DNA of 63,296 bases, from positions 1 to 63,296 of the IMG/VR virus record IMGVR_UViG_3300044638_006148, one strand, 5' to 3'. This DNA is from a virus. Lineage: Duplodnaviria; Caudoviricetes. Made by a program: the position numbers and the translations under genes. How positions within the stretch are numbered: position 1 is the first letter of the stretch; the number at the start of each line of letters is the position of its first letter. Of the stretch, positions 48,981 to 59,247 are shown piece by piece. The notes beneath the pieces were generated by a model. The model was not told the DNA's origin, did no database searches, and was given only the letters and a program-made list of their open reading frames with translations.

Positions 48981-51900
48981 ATGATTACACGTATAAGTAC
49001 ATATTCCCAAATAAAAGGTGTTAGTGTCTCGAATCCTTGTTTAGTTGCAACTGTTGGGTCGATTACTCTTAGTGGTACTCAGACCATAGATGGAATATCT
49101 GTAAACAATGGTGACAGAGTTTTGGTTAAGAATCAGAGTCCATCATCAGAAAACGGGATTTATATTGTAAGTGGAGGAACTTGGAGTCGGGCGGTAGATA
49201 TGTCAATTGATAGTGATGTATTTCAAGGTCTTCAGGTGTTTGTTAATTCTGGAACTACTACTGGAGACAGAGTATTTGTTTTGAACACTCCAAATCCAAT
49301 TGTATTAGGAACGAGTGGTTTAATTTTTGGTTCTTCCACTTCATCAACTGGAACATCAGGGACAAGTGGAACATCAGGGACTAGTGGAACATCAGGAACT
49401 AGTGGGGGAACTGGAAGTGGTGGTACTAGTGGAACAGATGGTACAAGCGGAACTTCAGGAACAAGCGGAACTTCAGGAACAAGCGGAACATCTGTAGCCG
49501 TATCGGGTACAACAGAATATATTGTCAAATTTACAAGTTCAACCACAATCGGGAACAGTTCAACTTGTCAACAGGCAAATGGCGACTTATTAGTTAATAA
49601 TAATGTTAGCGTTGGTATGGGTGGTGGAAGTATTACGTCTAATACTAGAGTGGGTAGCAATGCTCTTAGTTGTAATACAACAGGTGCAGGAAATTCAGCA
49701 GTAGGTTCAAGCGCCCTTACATATAATACAACCGGAAGTAATAATTCAGCATTGGGATGTTTTGCACTTCGTTGTAATACTACCGGTAACGCCCAAGTAG
49801 CGATAGGAACAGACGCATTATGTTGTTCAAACTTTGCATCAACTTCCGCAAATGCCAACGTAGCGGTAGGATACAGAGCATTAAGATCTAATACAACAGG
49901 AAACAGTAATACAGCAGTTGGAACTAGGACATTAGAGTCAAATACTATAGGACGTGGTAATAGTGGAATAGGACTAAGATCATTACAAGCAAATACTTTT
50001 GGAAACAATAATACCGCACTAGGAGCTGGATCAATGCAATGTAATACTGGTGGTTATAGAAATACCGCTATAGGAACTTGTACACTTTATGCAAATACCA
50101 CAGGAAATGATAATATTGCAATTGGTTATCTTTCACTTTGTAATAATACAATAGGTTGTCGCAATGTAGGAATAGGATGTGCAACTCTTTGCGGTAATAC
50201 TACAGGATCCCGTAATATCGCAATAGGAAATAATGCTTTACAGTCTCAAACCTCAGGTCAAAATAATGTTGCAATTGGGTACTTAGCATTGACCACTAAT
50301 ACTATAGGATCAAACAATACCGCCTTAGGTACTTGTTCAATGCGTTTTAACACTACAGGTAATCGAAATACTGCTGTAGGTCAACTTTCTCTTTATCAAA
50401 ATACAATAGGGACAGATAATGTTGCTATTGGAAGAAGATCCTTACAAAACAATACTACAGGAACGTTTAATACATCAATAGGAGTCCAATCCCTTGTATG
50501 TAATACTTCAGGTTGCCGCAATGTAGCAATAGGAAGTTACGCATTGTATAACAATACTTCAGGAATTCGTAATGCTGCAATAGGTAATGCCGCACTTCGT
50601 GCTAACACTACTGGAGGATATAATACCGCAGTAGGTAATTATGCACTTTGTGCTAACACTGTTGGATACCGTAATGTTGCGGTGGGTAATTGTGCCCTTG
50701 TTTCTAACACTAGTGGATTTTGTAATACTGCTGTAGGTAATAACGCACTTCGTAGTAATACAACCGGTAACAATAATATCGCCGTAGGTAGTTATGCACT
50801 TCGTAATAATACTTTTGGATCATCTAACGTTGCTTTAGGGTACAATGCTTTATATGCTAACACCACTGCAATTCAAAATACTGCTGTAGGATTTTGTTCA
50901 ATGAGAAATACTACTATTGGTTCATATAATACCGCAACAGGATTTTGTTCACTTTTTGGTAATACCACAGGAATTTCTAATGTTGCAATAGGTTTTCGAA
51001 CGCTTCAACAAAACACAACAGGATGTAATAATACCGCAATAGGTACTCAAGCAATGCAATTAGGCACAACAGGACAGTCTAATGTTGCTGTAGGTCATCT
51101 TGCACTTCGTTGTAATAATGGGTCCAATAATACTGCAATTGGAAGTAATTCACTTGCTTGTAATACGACAGGAGAATGTAACACCGCAGTAGGTAATTCT
51201 TCACTTAGTTGTAATACGACAGGAATATGTAACATCGCAGTAGGACATTGTTCCCTTTTAGTTAATACAACAGGATCCAATAATGTGGCACTAGGTAGTC
51301 TTGCACTTCGTTTTAATACAACGGGAGGTTGCCAAGTGGCTATAGGAGCCGATGCATTACGTTACTCAAACTTTGCATCAACTTCCGCAAATGCCAACGT
51401 AGCTGTTGGATACAGAGCATTAAGAGCTAATACAATCGGAACAAGCAATACCGCTTTAGGCACTAGAACACTCTTATCTAATACAACAGGTGCAAACAAC
51501 ACCGCAGTAGGTGATGATGCACTTTTAAGTAATATAGTAGGTTCTAATAATACAGCGTTAGGGTATCAAGCATTGATGTTCAACACAACATCAAATAACA
51601 CAGCGGTGGGTTATTGCGCATTAAAATGTAATACTACTGGTGTAGGTAATATTGGATTAGGGGATAGAGCATTATCTTTAAACACTACTGGTGCTAATAA
51701 TACAGCTGTCGGTAGGATCTCTTTATACAGAAACACAACTGGTATTGCCAATACGGGATTGGGATATGGTACATTAGTAAATAATACTACTGGAGTTTGT
51801 AATACAGCAGTAGGATTTAATTCATTAAGATATAATATTTCAGGTACTAGAAACACAGCAGTAGGTAATAACTCATTAATATTTAATACTACGGGTAATA

Positions 51901-52712
51901 ATAATACCTCAGTAGGTTTTTATTCTTTGTTTTCAAACACAGCATCAAACAACACAGCAGTTGGTTACTGTGCATTAAGATATAATACAACAGGAAATAG
52001 AAACGTTGCTGTAGGTACTTTGGCATCAAGATGTAACACAACCGGAGGTTATAATGCAAGCCTTGGGTATGGGGCTTTATCTAGTAGTAATACTGGTTTC
52101 TCTAATACTGCGGTAGGATTTTGTGCGTTGTTTAGTGCTAGCGGAGGTGCGAGTTGTAATACGGCGTTAGGATTCAATGCTCAACATCTTAACGGTAATT
52201 CTAATACAATTGCGGTAGGATTTTGTGCGGTCACTAATACAGTTAGTAATCACACAGTATGGGGTAACTCAGCAAACAACGTCTGTAATTGTGTTTACGC
52301 AGCATGGTCAAACGTTTCCGACTGTAGAGACAAAACCAACATCCAAACATTACCTTCCAAACTAGGTCTTGATTTAATCACAAAACTACGTCCTGTATCC
52401 TTTAACTGGGATCATAGAGACACATATGTTAGAGAATGTAGTTATGAGTACGGACAAAAAGATGGTAACTTAGCAGGAACAAAAGAACATTACGGTCTAA
52501 TAGCACAAGAACTTAAATCAGCACTAGAAGAATTGGATGTTAAATTTGATGGTTTAGGACATGATGATAATAAAAATGCCTACCGTCTAACATACGAAGA
52601 ACTTATCGCACCAATCATCAAAGCAATACAAGAACAACAAATTCAAATCGAATCTCTTAAATCCGAAAACGACACAATCAAATCTGAAATTGAAATATTG
52701 AAACAAAAATAA
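48981..52712 (+). CDS. Tail fibre 4, paralog of fibre 3
   Basis: Same architecture as fibre 3 with a near-identical S74 domain. Confidence 0.85.
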   Translation: MITRISTYSQIKGVSVSNPCLVATVGSITLSGTQTIDGISVNNGDRVLVKNQSPSSENGIYIVSGGTWSRAVDMSIDSDVFQGLQVFVNSGTTTGDRVFVLNTPNPIVLGTSGLIFGSSTSSTGTSGTSGTSGTSGTSGTSGGTGSGGTSGTDGTSGTSGTSGTSGTSGTSVAVSGTTEYIVKFTSSTTIGNSSTCQQANGDLLVNNNVSVGMGGGSITSNTRVGSNALSCNTTGAGNSAVGSSALTYNTTGSNNSALGCFALRCNTTGNAQVAIGTDALCCSNFASTSANANVAVGYRALRSNTTGNSNTAVGTRTLESNTIGRGNSGIGLRSLQANTFGNNNTALGAGSMQCNTGGYRNTAIGTCTLYANTTGNDNIAIGYLSLCNNTIGCRNVGIGCATLCGNTTGSRNIAIGNNALQSQTSGQNNVAIGYLALTTNTIGSNNTALGTCSMRFNTTGNRNTAVGQLSLYQNTIGTDNVAIGRRSLQNNTTGTFNTSIGVQSLVCNTSGCRNVAIGSYALYNNTSGIRNAAIGNAALRANTTGGYNTAVGNYALCANTVGYRNVAVGNCALVSNTSGFCNTAVGNNALRSNTTGNNNIAVGSYALRNNTFGSSNVALGYNALYANTTAIQNTAVGFCSMRNTTIGSYNTATGFCSLFGNTTGISNVAIGFRTLQQNTTGCNNTAIGTQAMQLGTTGQSNVAVGHLALRCNNGSNNTAIGSNSLACNTTGECNTAVGNSSLSCNTTGICNIAVGHCSLLVNTTGSNNVALGSLALRFNTTGGCQVAIGADALRYSNFASTSANANVAVGYRALRANTIGTSNTALGTRTLLSNTTGANNTAVGDDALLSNIVGSNNTALGYQALMFNTTSNNTAVGYCALKCNTTGVGNIGLGDRALSLNTTGANNTAVGRISLYRNTTGIANTGLGYGTLVNNTTGVCNTAVGFNSLRYNISGTRNTAVGNNSLIFNTTGNNNTSVGFYSLFSNTASNNTAVGYCALRYNTTGNRNVAVGTLASRCNTTGGYNASLGYGALSSSNTGFSNTAVGFCALFSASGGASCNTALGFNAQHLNGNSNTIAVGFCAVTNTVSNHTVWGNSANNVCNCVYAAWSNVSDCRDKTNIQTLPSKLGLDLITKLRPVSFNWDHRDTYVRECSYEYGQKDGNLAGTKEHYGLIAQELKSALEELDVKFDGLGHDDNKNAYRLTYEELIAPIIKAIQEQQIQIESLKSENDTIKSEIEILKQK
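49827..51403 (+). repeat. Exact 38-nt duplication inside fibre 4 (49827-49864 and 51366-51403)
   Basis: TCAAACTTTGCATCAACTTCCGCAAATGCCAACGTAGC twice, encoding SNFASTSANANVA. Confidence 0.9.
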
Positions 52713-52800
52713 ATTCAATAATCAATTTGATATAAAAACATTTAAATAAAAATATATATTAATCAATCTTGCAGTATTTATAAATTAAACAAGGAAAACA

Positions 52801-54189
52801 ATGGCATGTAGTAAATATACACTCACGAACACTGGTTCAACAATAGTTAACTTCAGTTATAGAAGATGCGACGATTCATTTTGGGACTACCAAGTTGAAT
52901 TAGCTCAGAATGAAACAAAAAATATTTGGGTTATCGATGGAACTTATACAGTAGCCTCATCATTCAGAGGGTCTATTGTCTTGGCTAATGCCGGTTCATT
53001 TCCTCCAACTTCTGTAACACCAACAAATACTCCAACGCAAACACCAACCCCTACTAATACTACAACACCAACAAATACGGCGTCTAATACACCAACTCCA
53101 AGTGTGACTGCTACGGGTACTGGAACACCAACTCCTACACCTACAAATACTGGAACAGGTACACAAACTCCTACACCAACTAATACTGCAACTCAGACTC
53201 CTACGCCAACTAATACTGGAACTCAGACTCCTACACCAACTAATACTGGAACTCAGACTCCTACACCAACTAATACTGGAACAGGTAGTACACCAACTCC
53301 TACACCAACTAATACTGGAACAGGTAGTACACCAACTCCTACACCGACAAATACCGGAACTCCAACTCAAACAGTAACTCCAACTAACACTGGTACTCCA
53401 ACACCTACTCAAACACTAACTCAAACTCCAACTAATACTGGCACTCCAACACCTACTGCAAATAACACATTTACAGTATATTCAGGATTAACATCTGATG
53501 CTGCATGTGGACAATATTTCTCAACAGTAGTTGTTTACGGTAATAATTCACAGTTTGATTTGTCAAGTCAATTCTCAAACATTTCTACATTCCCACCATC
53601 AATCAGTATGACAGGATTCATCCAAAATAATGGATTTGTTTTTGAATTAGATTCAAACGGATTTGTCCTAGGATTTGGAACTTTATGTTCAACTTTAACT
53701 CCAACACCAACAAATAGTTCAACACCTACTGTAACTCCAACAAATACCGAAACTCCTACTGTAACACCAACAAATAGTTCAACACCTACTGTAACTCCAA
53801 CAAATAGTTCAACACCTACTGTAACTCCAACAAATACCGAAACTCCAACTCAAACAGTAACTCCAACTAACACCGGTACTCCAACACCTACTGTAACCTC
53901 AACAAATACACCATCACCGACTCCAACGTTTGGATATTATACTTATAGTTTAGGTACAGGTGCAACCGCAAATGATGCTTGTGTTGATTTTAGTGGTTCA
54001 CCTAACACAATTTATGGTACGGTAGCAGGTGGACCTGGTCCTAATGCTGGTGAATTTTTATACACAACTCCAGGTAATCCTCCGACTAATCCAGTCGCTA
54101 ATGGATATTACTCAAACGGAACTGCAGTTTTCATAGTGTCGGGAGGTTTGGGACAGATAACATCTGTAGACCCTAATGGATGCCTCTAA
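52801..54189 (+). CDS. Mucin-like (TP)n virion-type protein A
   Basis: MACSKY...YRRCDD N-domain and two long TPTPTNT tracts. Confidence 0.75.
   Translation: MACSKYTLTNTGSTIVNFSYRRCDDSFWDYQVELAQNETKNIWVIDGTYTVASSFRGSIVLANAGSFPPTSVTPTNTPTQTPTPTNTTTPTNTASNTPTPSVTATGTGTPTPTPTNTGTGTQTPTPTNTATQTPTPTNTGTQTPTPTNTGTQTPTPTNTGTGSTPTPTPTNTGTGSTPTPTPTNTGTPTQTVTPTNTGTPTPTQTLTQTPTNTGTPTPTANNTFTVYSGLTSDAACGQYFSTVVVYGNNSQFDLSSQFSNISTFPPSISMTGFIQNNGFVFELDSNGFVLGFGTLCSTLTPTPTNSSTPTVTPTNTETPTVTPTNSSTPTVTPTNSSTPTVTPTNTETPTQTVTPTNTGTPTPTVTSTNTPSPTPTFGYYTYSLGTGATANDACVDFSGSPNTIYGTVAGGPGPNAGEFLYTTPGNPPTNPVANGYYSNGTAVFIVSGGLGQITSVDPNGCL
53191..53280 (+). repeat. Coding tandem repeat, 30-nt unit x3 ([10 protein letters not shown])
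   Basis: ACTCAGACTCCTAC(A/G)CCAACTAATACTGGA three times, followed by related 39-nt units. Confidence 0.85.
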
Positions 54190-54199
54190 ATAGATAAAA

Positions 54200-55339
54200 A
54201 TGGCGTGTAGTAAATATGTACTCACGAACACTGGGTCAACAATAGTTAACTTCAGCTATAGAAGATGTGATGACACCATTTGGGATTATCAAGTTGAATT
54301 ATTCCCAAATCAAACTAAAAATATATGGGTTATTGATGGTACCTATACTGTGGCATCAGCATTTAGGTCAGTCATATCATTAGTGAATGAAGGTTCATTC
54401 CCTCCAACTTCTGTAACACCAACAAATACTCCAACGCAAACGCCAACCCCAACTAATACTACAACACCAACAAATACTCCGACTAACACTCCAACTCCGA
54501 GTGTTACTGCTACGGGGACTAGTACTCCAACACCTACACCAACAAATACTGGAACAGGTACTCCAACACCTACGCCAACAAATACTGGAACAGGTACTCC
54601 AACTCCAACACCTACACCAACAGAAACCCCAACTCAAACTGTAACACCAAGTACAACCGCAACGCCAGGACTAACTCCTACTGCAACTGAAACCCAAACA
54701 CCAACTCCAACTCCAACACCTACTAACACTGAAACTCCAACTCAAACACCTACACCAACAAATACTCCGACTCCAACCAATACTGAAACACCAACAGAGA
54801 CTCCAACTCCAACAAACACTGAAACCCCAACTAACACTCCAACACCTACTAACACAGAAACTCCAACAAATACTCCAACAAATACTGAAACTCCGACAGA
54901 AACTCCAACTAATACTCCTACTCCAACTAATACCGAAACTCCAACAAATACTCCTAGTGAGACTCCAACTAACACCCCTACAAATACCGAGACTCCAACT
55001 AACACACCAACACCAACAGCAACACCTCCGAATACATTTACTGTAACTAATAGTGGTGCGTCAGCTTATATCATAAACGGACAATCAAATCCAACATTAA
55101 CTGTAACTGAAGGTCAAACTTACACATTTAATATTGCAGCAACTGGACATCCGTTTTGGATAAAAACAACACCAGTGACTGGTACAGGTGATGCATATAA
55201 CGATGGTGTAACAAATAATGGAATCGACAATGGTACAATTACTTTTGTTGTCCCTTATAACGCACCATCCACACTTTACTACATCTGTCAAATCCACGGA
55301 TCGATGCAAGGTATAATTAATATAATTGATGTACCATAA
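54200..55339 (+). CDS. Mucin-like (TP)n protein B with C-terminal cupredoxin-like domain
   Basis: N-domain paralogous to 52801; about 200-aa TP tract; GHPF...[10 protein letters not shown]. Confidence 0.75.
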   Translation: MACSKYVLTNTGSTIVNFSYRRCDDTIWDYQVELFPNQTKNIWVIDGTYTVASAFRSVISLVNEGSFPPTSVTPTNTPTQTPTPTNTTTPTNTPTNTPTPSVTATGTSTPTPTPTNTGTGTPTPTPTNTGTGTPTPTPTPTETPTQTVTPSTTATPGLTPTATETQTPTPTPTPTNTETPTQTPTPTNTPTPTNTETPTETPTPTNTETPTNTPTPTNTETPTNTPTNTETPTETPTNTPTPTNTETPTNTPSETPTNTPTNTETPTNTPTPTATPPNTFTVTNSGASAYIINGQSNPTLTVTEGQTYTFNIAATGHPFWIKTTPVTGTGDAYNDGVTNNGIDNGTITFVVPYNAPSTLYYICQIHGSMQGIINIIDVP

Positions 55340-55379
55340 AAATTGTGTTTTACTTCAAAAGAAGTTAAAAATTATATTC

Positions 55380-55410
55380 AAAAACCCTCTACTTATCAGA
55401 GGGTTTTTTT
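55380..55410 (+). terminator. Intrinsic terminator closing the fibre block
   Basis: AAAACCCTCT-acttatc-AGAGGGTTTTTTT. Confidence 0.8.
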
Positions 55411-55434
55411 ATTTTATAGTAAAATATAAATCAA

Positions 55435-56697
55435 ATGAAAATTTTTATTCAGATAGCTTCTTACAGAGACCCACAGTTGGTTCCAACCCTTAAAGATATG
55501 ATTGCAAATGCAAAAAAACCAAAGAATTTGGTTTTCGGTATCGCAAGACAATTTAGTGAATCTGACGGATTCGATAATTTAGATGAATACAGGAAAGATA
55601 AAAGATTCAAAATCTTGGATATTCCATATCAGGAATCTAAGGGAGTTTGTTTTGCCAGAAATCTTACCCAACAATTATATGATGGTGAAACATACACCCT
55701 ACAAATTGATTCTCACATGAGATTCATTAAGGATTGGGATGATGTGTTAATTAAGATGATTAAAGGGTTACAAAAGGATGGATATAAGAAACCTTTACTA
55801 ACAGGTTATGTGCCGTCATTTGACCCTGAAAACGACCCAGCAGGTAGATCACAAGACGCTTGGAGAATGGCATTCGACAGATTTATTCCTGAAGGAGCGG
55901 TATTCTTCTTGCCTGAAACAATTCCAGGTTGGAAAGAAATGACAAAACCCGTAACCTCAAGATTTTACTCAGCTCACTTCTGTTTCACTTTAGGTCAATT
56001 CTCAACTGAAGTACAACACAATCCTGAATACTATTTCCACGGAGAAGAAATCTCTATCGCAGCAAGAGCATACACTTGGGGTTATGATTTATTCCACCCA
56101 CACATTCCTGTCGTGTACCACGAGTACACTCGTAAAGGTCGCACTAAGCAGTGGGATGATGACAAGACATGGGGAGATAAAAACAAACACTCTCACCTAA
56201 CAAATAGAAAACTATTTGGTATGGATGGTGAAACTCAAGAAGGACATGACGGGCCGTACGGATTTGGTACTGTTAGAACTTTAAGAGAATATGAAAGATA
56301 TGCGGGTTTATTATTTGAAAAAAGAGCGGTTGACCAACACTGTTTGGATAAAAACTATGCACCTAGTCCTGTAATTGAAGATGAAGAGGAGTGGAAAAAA
56401 AGTTTCTCAACAATATATAAACATTGTATTGATATTGGATATTCAAGTGTGCCTGAAAAAGATTATGATTTTTGGGTGGTTGCATTCCACGGTCCAAATG
56501 ATGAAACGATTTACCGAAGAGATGCCGATAAAAATGAAATTGCTGGATTTATGAGAGACCCTGACAAATATTGTAAAGTTTGGAGAGAATTCCCAACAAC
56601 AATTTTACCATCATATTGGGTTGTATGGCCTCACTCAGAATCTAAAGGTTGGTGTGATAGGCTAACTGGACAACTAAACCATAATATCGTGTCTTAA
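55435..56697 (+). CDS. GT60-like (Gnt1/Pfam GlcNAc) polypeptide alpha-N-acetylglucosaminyltransferase
   Basis: IFIQIASYRDP.L..T, SKGVCFAR, LQIDSHMRF..WD..LI, FHGEEISIAARAYT.GYD, H.Y.R. Confidence 0.8.
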   Translation: MKIFIQIASYRDPQLVPTLKDMIANAKKPKNLVFGIARQFSESDGFDNLDEYRKDKRFKILDIPYQESKGVCFARNLTQQLYDGETYTLQIDSHMRFIKDWDDVLIKMIKGLQKDGYKKPLLTGYVPSFDPENDPAGRSQDAWRMAFDRFIPEGAVFFLPETIPGWKEMTKPVTSRFYSAHFCFTLGQFSTEVQHNPEYYFHGEEISIAARAYTWGYDLFHPHIPVVYHEYTRKGRTKQWDDDKTWGDKNKHSHLTNRKLFGMDGETQEGHDGPYGFGTVRTLREYERYAGLLFEKRAVDQHCLDKNYAPSPVIEDEEEWKKSFSTIYKHCIDIGYSSVPEKDYDFWVVAFHGPNDETIYRRDADKNEIAGFMRDPDKYCKVWREFPTTILPSYWVVWPHSESKGWCDRLTGQLNHNIVS

Positions 56698-56698
56698 T

Positions 56699-57652
56699 AT
56701 GAGTAAAAAATTAATAATACATCAACCTACAAATCACTATAGCAACAGATATAAGTATTATAATGTTTTTTTTGATAACTTAGTAAAAAAATTGTCAGAA
56801 AAAAATGAGGTTATTGTTGATAGATATTATAAAAACGTTCATAGAGGACGTGTTAATGTTGAGTTAGGATGGCATGAAGACCAAGATTTTTTTGTCGAAA
56901 TGCAAGATTGTGAAATGATTATAGAAGACTATGACACCAAAGAAACTCAAATTCTAAGTGTGTCTGATGACTTAACTCCCACTTCATTAAATCTTCAGTC
57001 CTATGACAACACAAAAAAAATATTTATATCTCAGTTCGTACGAAATAAGGTATATCATCATGTTGCCAAAGAACACCAACACAAGTATTTCCCATGGATT
57101 TATTTCCCGTCTAATGAATACGATTTAGAATCGTTTTATCAAAAAAGACAAGAAATAACACCTAAGGACGATAGAATGTATTTTAGAGGAGAGACTTTTA
57201 GTAGAACAATTTTGAACCACTTTACTCCTGATGTATTTTATGGCGGCAATTCCATTGGAGGATTTGATACATATGTAAATGAACTCATTAAATTCAAATT
57301 AGGATTATCAGTTGCTGGCCGAGGTGAGATGTGTTATAGAGATATTGAATATATGGGACTTGGTGTTCCATTCATTAGATTTGAATACACAACCGAGTTT
57401 TTCGAACCACTAATTCCAAATGTTCATTACATTTCCGTTGACAGACCTGATGATTTATTTGATTGGATGAAGTTGGATAGACTCGGTGAAAAACATCACG
57501 CGGAGTTAATTATTAAAAGATACTTGGAAGTAAAAGACGACGATGAATTTTTGAACTTTATTTCCAAAAATGCCAAAGAATATTACAATAAATATTTGAG
57601 TCCATCATCGAGTGTGGACTTTACAATCAAAATGTTAGGTTATGAAGTTTAA
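56699..57652 (+). CDS. GT-B fold glycosyltransferase-like protein
   Basis: MYFRG; LGLSVAGRGEMCYRDIEYMGLGVP; PNVHYI. Confidence 0.6.
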   Translation: MSKKLIIHQPTNHYSNRYKYYNVFFDNLVKKLSEKNEVIVDRYYKNVHRGRVNVELGWHEDQDFFVEMQDCEMIIEDYDTKETQILSVSDDLTPTSLNLQSYDNTKKIFISQFVRNKVYHHVAKEHQHKYFPWIYFPSNEYDLESFYQKRQEITPKDDRMYFRGETFSRTILNHFTPDVFYGGNSIGGFDTYVNELIKFKLGLSVAGRGEMCYRDIEYMGLGVPFIRFEYTTEFFEPLIPNVHYISVDRPDDLFDWMKLDRLGEKHHAELIIKRYLEVKDDDEFLNFISKNAKEYYNKYLSPSSSVDFTIKMLGYEV

Positions 57653-58376
57653 TGAAATACCTAAGTTTGTGGTGAACTTAGAAAGAAGACCCGACCGATT
57701 AGAATCAATCAAATCAGAGATGGAATACATTGGTTGGGATTATGAATTATTTCCCGCAGTCGACACAAACTCACATGTTGGATGTTCATTATCACACATC
57801 GAAATTATAAAGTTGGCTAAAGAAAGAAATTATGAGTGTGTATTAGTTGTTGAGGATGATTGTTCGGTGATGCCATACGCAAAGTCTCTACTTGAAAAAA
57901 TTGAAGTTGAACTTGATAACTTGGAATTTGGTGTAATCAATTTGGCTCCAACATTGAACAGACCTGTGTTGAAACATGATACTCTTGAAACATTGATAGA
58001 CATAACAAATTTGCCACCCTGTCTACCACACCATAGAGATATATTCGCGACTAACATGATACTATATCATCAATCAATATACGATGATTTGTTGGAATTA
58101 GAAGAACCTAGTAAGTTAGGATATTATGCTATAGACGACTTTATATTCAAGTTTATTTCTTCAAAGAAACAAAGTTATATTCCAATTTTACCCATTGGCC
58201 CACAGCATGGTGGATGGTCCGATGTTTCCAATGGCCAATACAATAACTTTTATGTACAAACATATAATTGGAATGGATATTGCCCATTTAAAATTCCTGG
58301 TGAGTTTTTGGACCAACAGAGAAACGAAGAACTTAAACGAAAAAAAGAAATGAAAGATTTTTATTATGTCAGTTAA
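57642..58376 (+). CDS. GT25 glycosyltransferase
   Basis: VVNLERRPDRL, FPAVD, GCSLSH, LVVEDD, AID. Confidence 0.85.
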   Translation: MKFNEIPKFVVNLERRPDRLESIKSEMEYIGWDYELFPAVDTNSHVGCSLSHIEIIKLAKERNYECVLVVEDDCSVMPYAKSLLEKIEVELDNLEFGVINLAPTLNRPVLKHDTLETLIDITNLPPCLPHHRDIFATNMILYHQSIYDDLLELEEPSKLGYYAIDDFIFKFISSKKQSYIPILPIGPQHGGWSDVSNGQYNNFYVQTYNWNGYCPFKIPGEFLDQQRNEELKRKKEMKDFYYVS

Positions 58377-59247
58377 ATTTATAACCGCAATTTATAATGA
58401 TTTATATGGTACTGAGTTCGGTGGAAGAATTGGACGAGCAGGTCATTATAGACGAAGTTTATTATCTTTATTAAAGATGACAGACGCAGACTTTCTGTGT
58501 TATACCTCACAGAGAGAGTTAGAATCTTTAGAACAATATTATTACGAAGAATGTTCCATCTCGAGAGAAAAACTCAAATTCCAAGTGTTTGATATTGCAG
58601 ATACAAAGTTTAGAGATATTATCAATCAACATAAAAATCTTGAAGTAACCAAACAAAGTGATAGATGTGTTGAAATTCAATTCAGCAAATTTCATTGGTG
58701 GTGGAATGAAGACAAGTCGTATGACTACTACTATTGGATAGACGCAGGTTTATCTCATTGCGGTTTATTTGCACAGAAATATTTGGGTACAAGTGATTAT
58801 TATGCTCAAAATTATGAATGTAGTTTATTTAATAATTTATTTTTACAGAACTTAATAGATAAGACTGGTGATAAATTTTTGTTAGTCGGTAAAGACAATG
58901 TTAGACATTTTTGGGCCGGTACCGTACACCCTAGATGGTATACTGAGTTTGATGCAAGCATTCACGTGATTGGAGGTATTTTTGGTGGACGTAGAGATTT
59001 GTGGGATAATGTTGTAACCTTGTTTGAAAACTATCTCGAGAATATTATTGTGACTGATAAAAGTATTCCACATGAAGAAAACGTAATGTCATTAATGTAT
59101 TTCAACAACAAAGAGTTATTTGAATTAATCAAATTCGACCATTGGTGGTGTAGAGATAACGCACCAAGAGAAATCCCCGATAACTTTTTTGATAACTATA
59201 TAAGCTTTAATAAAATATTTGAAGAATTAAACGGAATTTATGAGTAA
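58366..59247 (+). CDS. HtrL/YibB-family GT-A-like protein
   Basis: FITAIY, SKF, YWIDAG, GGIFGG, EENVMS. Confidence 0.65.
   Translation: MSVKFITAIYNDLYGTEFGGRIGRAGHYRRSLLSLLKMTDADFLCYTSQRELESLEQYYYEECSISREKLKFQVFDIADTKFRDIINQHKNLEVTKQSDRCVEIQFSKFHWWWNEDKSYDYYYWIDAGLSHCGLFAQKYLGTSDYYAQNYECSLFNNLFLQNLIDKTGDKFLLVGKDNVRHFWAGTVHPRWYTEFDASIHVIGGIFGGRRDLWDNVVTLFENYLENIIVTDKSIPHEENVMSLMYFNNKELFELIKFDHWWCRDNAPREIPDNFFDNYISFNKIFEELNGIYE

Noticed and set aside
37683-49546. Antisense ORFs rich in PxVPLVP (37683..38549, 38799..39446, 42993..43388, 49232..49546) and off-frame ELVVLQE ORFs
   Set aside because: Shadows of the SGT-repeat coding strand, which lacks stops in those frames. No independent start signals.
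45660-51856. Antisense PTAVL-repeat ORFs
   Set aside because: Shadows of the NTAVG repeats of fibres 3 and 4.
42742-52712. Diversity-generating retroelement or invertible shufflon acting on the fibres
   Set aside because: No reverse transcriptase or recombinase in the window, all copies are co-oriented, and differences between paralogs are not visibly adenine-specific.
36402-55005. Antisense (VG)n and SWCRS-repeat ORFs (36402..36629, 52996..53412, 54395..54637, 54742..55005)
   Set aside because: Reverse-complement shadows of TP tracts.
38140-55020. Repetitive DNA considered as a CRISPR array
   Set aside because: Repeats are in-frame, codon-degenerate and lack unique spacers. No cas genes seen.
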